Assembly: GCA_016212505.1 (NCBI GenBank)
Contig: JACRGB010000003.1
Coordinates: 27,561-91,560 of the forward strand
Reading direction: 5' to 3'
Source: Candidatus Micrarchaeota archaeon
Lineage (GTDB): Archaea; Micrarchaeota; Micrarchaeia; Anstonellales; Bilamarchaeaceae
DNA length: 64,000 nucleotides
The translations under genes were made by a program, and so were the position numbers. The notes under the pieces were generated by a model. It saw only the letters and a list, made by a program, of their open reading frames with translations. It was not told the origin of the DNA and made no database searches. This document shows, piece after piece, positions 19,777 to 29,500 of this stretch (positions are counted from its first letter, which is position 1; the number at the start of each line of letters is the position of its first letter).

Positions 19777-21392
19777 TGCTTACACCCCGCACCGCTTTTG
19801 CATGAAAGTGGATCCAAAACATAGTCCTTTATTGCAGTATCGCTGAGGGTAAATATTCCAGTTGTAGGGCTATCCGAACACACTTCGGCATTTCTGCAAC
19901 CAGGAAGGCCACGAAGCGGGGAGTATACTGGTTGTGAGCTAAACAGCTCGCGATCGAGCCTGCTGCGGCCAAATAAGACCTTATTTGAATATTCACCGAC
20001 GACAAAAGTTTCGATACCGAATTTCTTATCAGATAAAGAATATGAACCAACCATAAGATGCTGTAAATAGGATGGCGCTTTTTCATTGTGGGTATAGTAG
20101 CCACACATTACAAAATCACGCAGCGGCTCGATATTGAAGATCCCTGTTGAGGAATCGGATTTGTACGTTTTCTTATCCGGATCGCTCAAAACATCGGATG
20201 GAGAGGATTTAGCGATTATAAGAGCACAGCGGCGCTGTTTGGTAGGGTCTGATGAGGAATCAGGACAAATGCCTGCAGAAAGCGGATCAAAGCCAAACGA
20301 AATCACAAATGGTTTTCCCATATAATCTGGGCCGCCCCATTTTATTGGTTTGCAGTTCTTATCATACTTAAGGGGGTTGAACGTAGTTGCAGGATCCTCA
20401 TCTTGCTTAGGGCAAAGGGAAGGAGGTTCAAGGAGGGGATTGGAAGTAATGATGTAGCCTCCAAAAAGTTTATAGATTTCTGGTTTAAGCTTGATTATAT
20501 CATCATATTTACCGACAATTATGTATTGGCTGGCATTGCCCAGAACTTCTGGATCCTTTGCGAATTTGACTGACGGATCATTACTGGGAGTTGCACTCGC
20601 CAGATAACCGTAAAACCATCCCTGGCCTTCTTCGCTTGGTTTAATTTGACTAACAGATACTTTTGATTTATCAGGATACTCGCTCGTGTTAAAGAAAAAT
20701 TGCCTTCCAAAGTGCTGGTTTAAATTTGAGTCTATACTTGCCTTTGCAAGGGCAGGATCAATCAGTCCGGTAACCTCAAGATCCCCGCTAAGAGGATAAG
20801 TCCTTGAAACTGAGGAACTATTCGAAGTATCTTTTAATTCCAAATGAAGGACCAGAGAATAGTTGACTTTGTCAATAGCGCTTTGGTTTAATGCGAAACC
20901 GGAAATTTGGTAAGAGCTGACATAAACTCCGGTTGAAAGCAATGAGGCATTTAGGCCACTTATCCAGGCAGTAAGGGAAGAATTCTCATTGGAGGGATTT
21001 GCCTGATCAGGCGGAAGCCCCTGGAAATCCTTTTTATCTGCAACTCCGCTCAGCAGCATCTGGTACATGGCATTTCTTATGTGGATGTTTTGGTCATTAT
21101 CCGGGCCTTTCAATAGAGGATATTGTATTGCATTTTGGTTTAGCTTGAAGAGGTTTCGGGCCATTATCTCATGTGTAATATTTCCGACTTTGGCTGGAGT
21201 TATCTGGCTGATTGCAAGCTCAACTGCAGATTGCTTATAGAAATCTGAAAATGAGCGCTCGGATGTTTCCACTGCCTTGACCCATACGGATATGGAAAGC
21301 AGGATGTATGCGAGAATAAGGAATACGGTAACGGTAAAGAGGAACCCTTTCCGGTCATTTTTTTTGTTATTTGTTTTCTTATTGCTGCGCAT
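19773..21392 (-). CDS. Large class III signal-peptide protein (minor pilin/adhesin-like)
   Basis: RKG/FLFT + hydrophobic helix; Cys-containing extracellular region. Confidence 0.7.
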   Translation of the reverse strand: MRSNKKTNNKKNDRKGFLFTVTVFLILAYILLSISVWVKAVETSERSFSDFYKQSAVELAISQITPAKVGNITHEIMARNLFKLNQNAIQYPLLKGPDNDQNIHIRNAMYQMLLSGVADKKDFQGLPPDQANPSNENSSLTAWISGLNASLLSTGVYVSSYQISGFALNQSAIDKVNYSLVLHLELKDTSNSSSVSRTYPLSGDLEVTGLIDPALAKASIDSNLNQHFGRQFFFNTSEYPDKSKVSVSQIKPSEEGQGWFYGYLASATPSNDPSVKFAKDPEVLGNASQYIIVGKYDDIIKLKPEIYKLFGGYIITSNPLLEPPSLCPKQDEDPATTFNPLKYDKNCKPIKWGGPDYMGKPFVISFGFDPLSAGICPDSSSDPTKQRRCALIIAKSSPSDVLSDPDKKTYKSDSSTGIFNIEPLRDFVMCGYYTHNEKAPSYLQHLMVGSYSLSDKKFGIETFVVGEYSNKVLFGRSRLDRELFSSQPVYSPLRGLPGCRNAEVCSDSPTTGIFTLSDTAIKDYVLDPLSCKSGAGCKQ

Positions 21393-21405
21393 GGTTAACT
21401 ATCAC

Positions 21406-22056
21406 CTAAATGAAAATGGTTAATTTTACCACCCGGGGATTAAGGGAAGGCACAACTTCAGGATTTTTGAGGTTGTCATTTACCGAATTCCCGCAGGTAA
21501 GCAGTCCATAGCCGCCATTGCAGCTGTTATAGGAATATTTTGAAGCTGGAGGCTTGGTTGATTTGCCTGAGCCAAAAGTAACTACTTGGGATGAAACAGA
21601 AAGCTTTCTGCTTGATTTGGCGTGGCTCTCATACTGATCATTTATCGCCTCAGCACTTGAAGTATCATAGAGCGTAGCCCAAGTCTTGCCACCATCACCG
21701 CTAAGTTCGACACGATAACCATATTGGGGAGGAATTAGCACCCCGATGGTATTTTTTATCATGTTTTTGTTGGCATTGTTTGGATTGCCTAAATCATTTG
21801 AAGCAAGATCATCCAGAAGACTTATGCTGTTTTTAGTTTCCTTATCATAACCAGTACAGCCATATGAGGGCTGGGTATATTGGTCACACACCGAAGATGA
21901 TAGGGAGATAAGGACATCTTTAGAGAGGTAGTGGGCCTGGGTGAGAAGGTAATAGTAAGATGAGGGGATGCTTGAGAAGAAAATTAGCGAATAAATTGCG
22001 ATAAGGGCCAAAGTAAATGCTACGAAAGAGTCGAGTGAGAATATGAATGCCCGCAT
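21406..22056 (-). CDS. Class III signal-peptide (pilin-like) protein
   Basis: MRA/FIFSLD followed by a hydrophobic helix. Confidence 0.75.
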   Translation of the reverse strand: MRAFIFSLDSFVAFTLALIAIYSLIFFSSIPSSYYYLLTQAHYLSKDVLISLSSSVCDQYTQPSYGCTGYDKETKNSISLLDDLASNDLGNPNNANKNMIKNTIGVLIPPQYGYRVELSGDGGKTWATLYDTSSAEAINDQYESHAKSSRKLSVSSQVVTFGSGKSTKPPASKYSYNSCNGGYGLLTCGNSVNDNLKNPEVVPSLNPRVVKLTIFI

Positions 22057-22101
22057 GGAATAGACTATGCTGGGCTATTCTTTAAAAACCATAGGTAAAA
22101 G

Positions 22102-22136
22102 GCAGTTACGGGTTACCAGTTTCGGGTTTCCGGTTT
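22102..22136. repeat. Degenerate 7-bp tandem repeat (5 units)
   Basis: GCAGTTA CGGGTTA CCAGTTT CGGGTTT CCGGTTT. Confidence 0.6.
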
Positions 22137-22184
22137 TTTCTTTCTGCGGATTCGTTTCTGGCACGATCGCGATTAAAAAACCAT

Positions 22185-22619
22185 TTAATTTGAAGGCAAA
22201 CACTTCCCATACCCAGTCCCGCACGCATTGCAGGTCTTATATGTTGAAGCGCAGCCATTTTCCAGGCAAGGAGCGATTGATCCCGGAGCACAAGCCTGCT
22301 GAGAGTTACAACCGTTCCAAACGCCGTTGATACAGGTCGTAACCCCACCGCATCCATTATATGTGCAAGAGCGGGTTTGACCACTTTCACAAAATGGGGC
22401 AAGGGAATCTGCAGATATTTTTACATTCTGCAGGGAAGAAAGGGCCAAAAATGCAATTGTCGCAATCATAAGCAGGCCGAAGAATAATAGTAGTGGTTTG
22501 TGTATGTCCATCAGATTTTCCCCTCTTGCAGGCCCGCCTCCAGAGGATTTGGATTCGGTTTTGACAGATTCGGATTTTGGAACTTGCCCTTTCTTATTAA
22601 ATTTTTTCATTTTTTTCAT
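22185..22619 (-). CDS. Membrane-anchored protein with two Cys-rich repeats
   Basis: One TM helix, then CESGQTRSC...C and CAPGSIAPC...C. Confidence 0.7.
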   Translation of the reverse strand: MKKMKKFNKKGQVPKSESVKTESKSSGGGPARGENLMDIHKPLLLFFGLLMIATIAFLALSSLQNVKISADSLAPFCESGQTRSCTYNGCGGVTTCINGVWNGCNSQQACAPGSIAPCLENGCASTYKTCNACGTGYGKCLPSN

Positions 22620-22642
22620 TTAGTTCACGATGGTTTTTTACG

Positions 22643-23584
22643 TTACCTAAAATTCAGGGAAAAACCGGATTTTGCATTAAGCTGCCTGAGCATTGCTGCC
22701 AGGTTGAAAAGCCCGCTTTGCTGCTCGCCAAAACTTACGGGGCACAGGGTAACTTCATCGGAAGAACGTGCGGATGAATTGGCCAATTGCGCAGCTTTTA
22801 GGATTGCATCTTTTTTCGAGCCAACCTGGTCTATAAGACCGACCGCCAAAGCCTGCCGCCCATCCATAATCCGGCCATCGGACATCTTCTCGAAAAGCTG
22901 CATGTTCAAGTGCTTGCCACGGTTGGCAACTACAACTGAGCGGAATTCGCCATAAACATCATCAATTAGGGATTGTAATATCTCGCGCTCTTCCGGAGTC
23001 AAGTTCCTAAACTCGGAACCAATATCCTTGTGCGGGCCGGATTTTATTGCAGTGACATTTACGCCAACTTTTTCCATGAGTCCGCTAAGGTCGGAAAATG
23101 TTGCAATCACCCCGATACTACCGGTTATCGCATCAGGGTCAGAAATTATATAGTCAGTGCCAGTTGCAGAATAATATGCACCAGATGCTGCAACTTCACG
23201 GAAATATGCAACTTTTGGCTTGTTAAGTGATTTAATTGAGCTGTAAATTTCCCTTGTAGCTACTACCGAGCCACCAGGCGAGTTAAATACAAATAAAACA
23301 GAACCGATATCATCGCGCTTATTGAGCGCATCGATCGCAGATGCAATATCTTCAGAACCTGGCGCGCCTGCTGAAAATAAGCTTGGAGAGGCGGATGCAG
23401 TAGTGAGTTCACCATCAATATTTACCACGGCAACGCATTTTCCCAAAAAGCTTGGCGCTGCCCAGGAAAATGCAAAGAAAAGCAGCAGGATTATAATAAA
23501 GCCGGCTACAAGCACGGCTGCAGTGCCAAATAAGAGATTATTGTTCCTAGACCGGTCTGGCTTTCGGGTATTGAGTGGTTCCAT
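22643..23584 (-). CDS. sppA: Signal peptide peptidase SppA (S49)
   Basis: NSPGGS, AASGAYY, TGSIGV, KSGPHKD, DGRIMDGRQA. Confidence 0.95.
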   Translation of the reverse strand: MEPLNTRKPDRSRNNNLLFGTAAVLVAGFIIILLLFFAFSWAAPSFLGKCVAVVNIDGELTTASASPSLFSAGAPGSEDIASAIDALNKRDDIGSVLFVFNSPGGSVVATREIYSSIKSLNKPKVAYFREVAASGAYYSATGTDYIISDPDAITGSIGVIATFSDLSGLMEKVGVNVTAIKSGPHKDIGSEFRNLTPEEREILQSLIDDVYGEFRSVVVANRGKHLNMQLFEKMSDGRIMDGRQALAVGLIDQVGSKKDAILKAAQLANSSARSSDEVTLCPVSFGEQQSGLFNLAAMLRQLNAKSGFSLNFR

Positions 23585-23636
23585 AGGATCGGTTTACCAA
23601 CATACAAATATAATGTTTTCGTGGCACTAAAAACAC

Positions 23637-24161
23637 ATGCTTGACCTAAATGGCATTTTTAGTCTCCTAATTTTTCTCATTCCCCCATACATAGCAAATT
23701 CATCACCAGTAGTCCTTGGCGGAGGGGCACCACTTGATCAAAACATAAAACTTGGTGATGGCCAGAGATTGTTCGGAGATGGGAAAACCATCCGTGGTTT
23801 TTTAGGAGGCACCATTGCAGGGGCTGTTGCCGGGGGAATTGTTGCACTGTATTATCCGCTCCCTTTTTTCCCAAATCCGCAGGTCCAGTTTATTGCAGGA
23901 TTTGCACTTGCTTTTGGGACCTTATTTGGCGATGCGGCCGGAAGCTTCATAAAAAGAAGGACACAAACAGCGCCTGGAAGGCCATTCATATTAGACTCAG
24001 TAGCATTCCTATTTTTTGCACTTCTATTTACCTATCCTTTTGCTAGCAGCAGTCTTTATGATCTGCAAAATTTGGCTTTTTTCCTCGTACTCACTCTGAT
24101 AATCCACCCCCTGACAAACGCTTTAGCTAATAAAGCTGGGCTGAAAAATGTGCCGTGGTAA
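23637..24161 (+). CDS. carS: CDP-archaeol synthase
   Basis: PYIANSSP, RLFGDGKTIRG, GDAAGSFIKRR, C-terminal KNVPW. Confidence 0.93.
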   Translation: MLDLNGIFSLLIFLIPPYIANSSPVVLGGGAPLDQNIKLGDGQRLFGDGKTIRGFLGGTIAGAVAGGIVALYYPLPFFPNPQVQFIAGFALAFGTLFGDAAGSFIKRRTQTAPGRPFILDSVAFLFFALLFTYPFASSSLYDLQNLAFFLVLTLIIHPLTNALANKAGLKNVPW

Positions 24162-24165
24162 TTAA

Positions 24166-25278
24166 ATGGCTGAAAATAATAATTTTGAAGAAGTGATTGC
24201 AAAAGGATTAAGCAGGAGAAAGATGGAAAAACAGCAATCGGATTTTGAATATTATAGGGTCAGGGAACATTTTGGGAAATTGGAGCGAGGGACAATTTTT
24301 GTAGATGGTTTGCTAATACCCAGTTATCCTCACATAAAAAGAATTTTCACCCTTGAGAAGGGACTACTCAAAAACATTGGAGATGATGTTGAAATTTATG
24401 TTGAGGAAAAAATTGACGGGTTCAATGTCCGCATTGCCCTGATAAGGAATAAGGTCTGCGCATTTTCCCGGGGCGGATTTCTTGACCTTTTTGTAACTGA
24501 AAAACTGGCGGAAGAGCCAGGCCTTGCTAAATTTTTCAAAGAAAACCCAGGATACATAGTTTGCGGGGAGATGATCGGGAACACTCCGCATACCAGTCCA
24601 ACAAAAGAATTTGACACTAAGTTTTTTGTTTTTGATATTGCCAATCCTGATGGCACTTTGATAGGCACTAAGGAGCGGTACAAAATACTAAAAAAATACG
24701 GCATTTTAGGAGTCCCGCTCCTTGGAAAAATGAAAAGCAGCGATTTTGCCAGGCTAAAAAAAATAATTCTCCGGTTGAATAAAGAGAAAAAAGAAGGGAT
24801 GGTCATAAAAACCGCGGACCGAACCAAAGTTGTCAAATACGTCACTGCATTTTCAGATATCCAGGATATCGCCCAGAGCAGCGAGCAGTTTTTCGATATG
24901 CCCCTTGGCTTTTACTACCAGCGAATTTTGCGATCGGCAATTTTTGTGGATGATTTTGGATTTGATAGGAAGAAATTTTTCACCATGCTTGGCAAGGCAT
25001 TCTACGAGGGGCTTATTAATTCTATAAAAAATGCCAAATCAGGAAAGGACATAAGCGAGGAATTTGAAATTTCCATAAAAGATGAGCGGATTTGGGGCGA
25101 TATCCTCCACCATATGGGCAAGGAAGTGCGGGTGGAAGAAATTTGGAGGAAGAAGGAGCCGCAAGGTGATGGGAAAGGGGGATCGGCAGCAAAAACCAGG
25201 ATACGGTTTAGGAAAATCTACAGGGAAACCAGCAAAAAACTAAAATCTTATTTAGGCGGAAAAGGAATTGCGGATTGA
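24166..25278 (+). CDS. ATP-dependent RNA ligase (Pab1020/Rnl3 family)
   Basis: YPHIKRI, EEKIDGFNVR, FSRGG, EGMVIK, VKY. Confidence 0.9.
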   Translation: MAENNNFEEVIAKGLSRRKMEKQQSDFEYYRVREHFGKLERGTIFVDGLLIPSYPHIKRIFTLEKGLLKNIGDDVEIYVEEKIDGFNVRIALIRNKVCAFSRGGFLDLFVTEKLAEEPGLAKFFKENPGYIVCGEMIGNTPHTSPTKEFDTKFFVFDIANPDGTLIGTKERYKILKKYGILGVPLLGKMKSSDFARLKKIILRLNKEKKEGMVIKTADRTKVVKYVTAFSDIQDIAQSSEQFFDMPLGFYYQRILRSAIFVDDFGFDRKKFFTMLGKAFYEGLINSIKNAKSGKDISEEFEISIKDERIWGDILHHMGKEVRVEEIWRKKEPQGDGKGGSAAKTRIRFRKIYRETSKKLKSYLGGKGIAD

Positions 25279-25301
25279 TTATTACTAATTAATATTGCAG
25301 A

Positions 25302-25877
25302 TTAATTTTTGGCCTTTTTAATTTTCTTCAGAAGAGCATGAAACTTTTCCGCATTAAGGTAGGTGCACCCGATCTCAGATGCAAATTTCAGCACCCCTTC
25401 ATCTGAAGAAATAAGTGTTGCATCAAGCTCTTTTGTAAGCAGGACCAATTCCACATCTTCCTTGGAATCTATTATTCCGGTGCGCATCGCATCACGGTAT
25501 TTTTCCCGGAGCTTCCCCAATTTTATATCATTATCCGGATGGTTATCTTTTGCAAATTCTTCAGCAAGGCGCATGCCCTTATTTATCCGGGTGCGGATAT
25601 CATCAATAAAATCATAAAGGACTGCTGCCGGAAGGTAAATCGAATACATATTAGGCGCGCGCTTCTTGATGTGTAGCTCGAGTTCATCAGTTGTTTTCTT
25701 TTCAATAAAATTTTTCATTTCGTTAAATACCGAAGGCGGGATAAAAAGCTCAATGTTCATTTTTGCGATTATCTTGAGGAATGCCTTAACTGCCGCAGTA
25801 GGACTCTTGCCAAAATGACCCCGGGCATGGGGATTGACAAACAAGGACGTATCGATAACAAAAACTCGGTTGGGCAT
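25302..25877 (-). CDS. RNA-free RNase P (HARP; PIN_5 'RNA ligase partner')
   Basis: FVIDTS, RINKGMRLAE, LREKYRDAMRTGIIDSKED, SDEG. Start reassigned to MPNR. Confidence 0.9.
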   Translation of the reverse strand: MPNRVFVIDTSLFVNPHARGHFGKSPTAAVKAFLKIIAKMNIELFIPPSVFNEMKNFIEKKTTDELELHIKKRAPNMYSIYLPAAVLYDFIDDIRTRINKGMRLAEEFAKDNHPDNDIKLGKLREKYRDAMRTGIIDSKEDVELVLLTKELDATLISSDEGVLKFASEIGCTYLNAEKFHALLKKIKKAKN

Positions 25878-25960
25878 ATGTAATAGCATAAAAAGACGTG
25901 GAATAAAAAGGTTTGCTAGGGAAAAGATATTTGGACATAAAAACATAAGGAAGGAATCAA

Positions 25961-26500
25961 ATGAAAAAAGAAGAACGGGTAGTACGAGTTCAGATCCGAC
26001 CAACTGATTCCGAACAAAAACCAGCACTGGGAAAAAGAAGAGCTCCCATGAACAGCAGTGTAACGATAACGGCAACTGAAGTAATTGAGAGATTGAAAGC
26101 AACTGCAAGTGGCTGGGATCACATCGTAGCTAACATGATCGGACTTATCAGGTTAGAAAAAGAAGAAGTAAAACTTTTCGTAAAGGAAGGAGAAAAAACC
26201 AAAATTTATTCTCTCGATGATGATGATCAGATGTTTGGGATTCTTCAGGCGCTTTCACTGGGAAGCTCATTGCCAAAAAGCCTTCCAAAATTTGCAATTG
26301 CAGTTGTAGAAGAAACAACCAACATATATTTTGTATTGGTATCGATAAATGAGAGGAGAAAAATCATAGTAAAGGCACTACTTTCTAGTTACATGGATCG
26401 AAATGAGAGTGAGTGGAGAGAGGTATTTGTTGCAATAAGGGCAGCTGAGCAGGAGTATCTCATGCCAGGAAATAGGGGCAACCTTGTCATTTCAACTTAA
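25961..26500 (+). CDS. Hypothetical protein convergent with the giant kinase-tailed protein
   Basis: 179-aa ORF with an AGGAAGGA RBS-like sequence; no motif recognised. Confidence 0.65.
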   Translation: MKKEERVVRVQIRPTDSEQKPALGKRRAPMNSSVTITATEVIERLKATASGWDHIVANMIGLIRLEKEEVKLFVKEGEKTKIYSLDDDDQMFGILQALSLGSSLPKSLPKFAIAVVEETTNIYFVLVSINERRKIIVKALLSSYMDRNESEWREVFVAIRAAEQEYLMPGNRGNLVIST

Positions 26501-26515
26501 TAAAAATAGTTAAAA

Positions 26516-29500
26516 CTATCTAGATGCACGCAATGCTTTTTCCGCCATAGCTTGGGCATCAGGGAGAATATCAGCCCAGATATTTTGGAAACCGTCTTTG
26601 CCACCTATAGTAAGCAAGTGACTGAATATATCCGTTGCTTCAGGTGCATCAAACACGACACGACCATGCCGATCAGCCATAACATAATCACGCTGACCAT
26701 TTATCGGCATACCGACCATCACCTGCGGAGGGTCTCCCTTTTGGCCGCCCGCATAGTATGCTTCAATTTCTTTTATCGCAGTTGGGGAAAGTGATTGCCC
26801 AGCTCCAACCATCTGGCCATCATTTTTAGCAAAAGCAGTCACCAGGTTGCGTTCAAAATCAGGGGTACTCCCAACTTCAGTATGCCATTTTTTAGCCCCC
26901 TCTTTTATGGAATGGGTTGCTGATTGGGCCACTTCAGAAACGGGGCGGCCAGACAAACGCGCAAGGCTTATAAAAACTGGAGCTAAATCTTTTGAATATT
27001 GGGGGATTAGGTGTTCTTTGGAGGAATAAAGTTCATATCCCCCTCGTGTATTTTTAGTTACCCGAAAATGGCCTGCGGCATCAGTATCTATCCGCCCGAT
27101 TTTGAATATTGCAGACTCTCCCCTAACATCTACAACAGTATAACCTTCACTCTTAAGTAATGCAACCTTTGAAGGAGGCACTTTCAGCAACATACCCTGA
27201 AGGTTTCCAGAATGATTATCCCAGGAACCTCCCATCATGAGTCCAGTGCATGCATAACCAATTTCCTGATGAACTACCTCGGGATGTTCTTTATAAAATT
27301 TGGTTAATTCGGTATTGCCTTTCATTCTAGATAAACTAGCTGCTTCCATAGTTGAAGTTTGAATTGGTTCACCCCCAAGGTTGAGAGTACCGCTAAAGTA
27401 TTTGATATGGTCTATCAAACCCCATTTAACCGCCCCACCCTCCGGAGAGGAGAACGTAAGCGGTTTACTATTTGATTCGCTAACCACTCCGGCAGTTGGA
27501 ACATTTGCTATTTGCCCGGTTTTTGCCCCGAAAGCAGCAGGCCGTAAATCCTCGGCTTTTGCAATAAATGCTCGCTCTTCACCCGAAGGGGCAACTACTT
27601 TTATCTCGTACGCTCCAACCATACCATCATGGCCGATTATCCGAGTAATTTTACTGCCTTCTGGAACTTTGGCAAGGACAGTTTCAGAAAGATTACCGGA
27701 TAATAAAAGAGATCCGATTGTAGAAACCTGCTGATGATAGTTACCCGACCTAGGATCAAAAGAATGAGAGTAGAGTCCTTTTTTCTCTAAATAAGAGCTT
27801 ACATCAGCCACAGCCGCTTCATTGCTCTTTGCATTAAGATAGACATTTTTTAATTCACCTGAAGATAAGCCAAGTGCTTTCTCAGATGCAGGCACTCCCT
27901 TAAGGTTTTCCAAATAAGTTGCAGCCGAGTGTTCTCCGGCAAGAGTTAGAGTTCTGATGCTTTGTTCTTGTTGGGCAGGAGGAGCTGCTAAAAATGACTC
28001 TGCGGATTTTGTGCGTTCTGTGACGGCTGGGGATCTTAATGATGCTCCTAATTTCTGTGCCTCTGAACGCTCTGCGCCAGTGAGTTCGTGCTGCTGCGCA
28101 CGAGGTTCAGCTGGAGTTTCTAATGCCCGAGGCAATTCTTGCACCGGAACTGCACGTTCTTGAGCCGGAGAATGCCCCGTGGCTTTATTAAGTTCAACAA
28201 CCTTTGGCGCAGTCGTCAAGGAGGTGCGTTTCTTTATTTCACTATCAAGACCATTTGCAGCCTTTTCTAATGCAACTGCCAAAAGAGGATTTGTTTTTTG
28301 ACCGCTTTCTTTAGGGGGATTACGCCAGAACTTTGCTTCATCTCGCAAAGAGCCGGCACGCTCGGATAGCTCCCCAACTTCGATTTTAGGGTTATCAATC
28401 AAACGTTGGGTCTGGAGCTTTGCCGTAGCCTCAAGGGTCACGGAGTCATTCTGCAACTGGGGAATATGCCCTTCATATATGGCCAAACCCGCTTCGTTTA
28501 ATGCGAGATTAAATTCTTGGTTTTGCCTTGGAAGTCTTTCGGTTCCGGAAACGTGTTCCCGATAAGATCTGGCGAGATTGCCTGCAGCACGGGCAGTCCG
28601 TTCTGCTTCTCCCACACCCATGCCCGAATTGATCAAACGATCCTTAAGTTCGGAAAATGCACTTTTCTCTGCGAATTTATGTGCCTCTGCTGCGACCTGT
28701 TCTTGAGGAAGAGGTTTTGCGGATTGGTCAGAGGGATGCGCCAATTCGAATTCCGCAGCTCGCCTAACCGTTTCAAATTTTTCATTAATTGCTCTAGCGT
28801 GAACATCAAGTGCACTTGCAAGTTTTACCTGCTGCTCCCGCACAGGTATTGCTTCTGCGCCTTTTCCTAGGGTATAGACAGTACCTTCTGGAGAAACGGA
28901 ACTATCTGAAAATCGCGACCGAAATCTTGTTTCATTACGAGTAAATTCAAAGTTAGGAGTTTTGAATCCATCAAAAAGTGAGACGGGTTGGCTGCTGGTT
29001 TTTTCCTGAGCCACTAAAACATCCGCACTTTGACGCAATTGCTTTGCGTCAGCAGTAAGTTGTGCAGCCCGATCTTCGAGTACTTGCGCCCCTGCAGAAT
29101 CCCCCTGGCGGTTCAATCTTCGCATTTCTGTTAATGCGTCTGTTGCTTGGGCAGTAATATGATCTGCCTGAGCAAGCAATTGTTGCGAACTTGGAACTTC
29201 TGCTTGATGGGCCATAGGCCGTACTGGAGCTGCTGACCTATTCGTCCGTTCAACTGCCAAACGCCTGGAGATGGCTCTGGAAAAATTAATTCCAAATCGG
29301 CCAACTGCACCAACATCAATACCAGCATTTGCATAAACTGGGGTCCGGTCTACGGCCTCGACAAAAGCAGCCCCAAAAACTCTAGCCCCGAATTTTACTT
29401 TATCAAAACCCTTACTCGCTGCTGATTTAGTTTTGTCTTTAGCAATCCGTGCTGCTTCTCCGGCGGTTTCTGCAGCTACGGCCATTCTTCCAACAACCCG

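Noticed and set aside
25878-26108. Hydrophobic N-terminal extension on HARP
   Set aside because: Overlaps the divergent 179-aa gene; the PIN domain starts at MPNRVFVIDTS.
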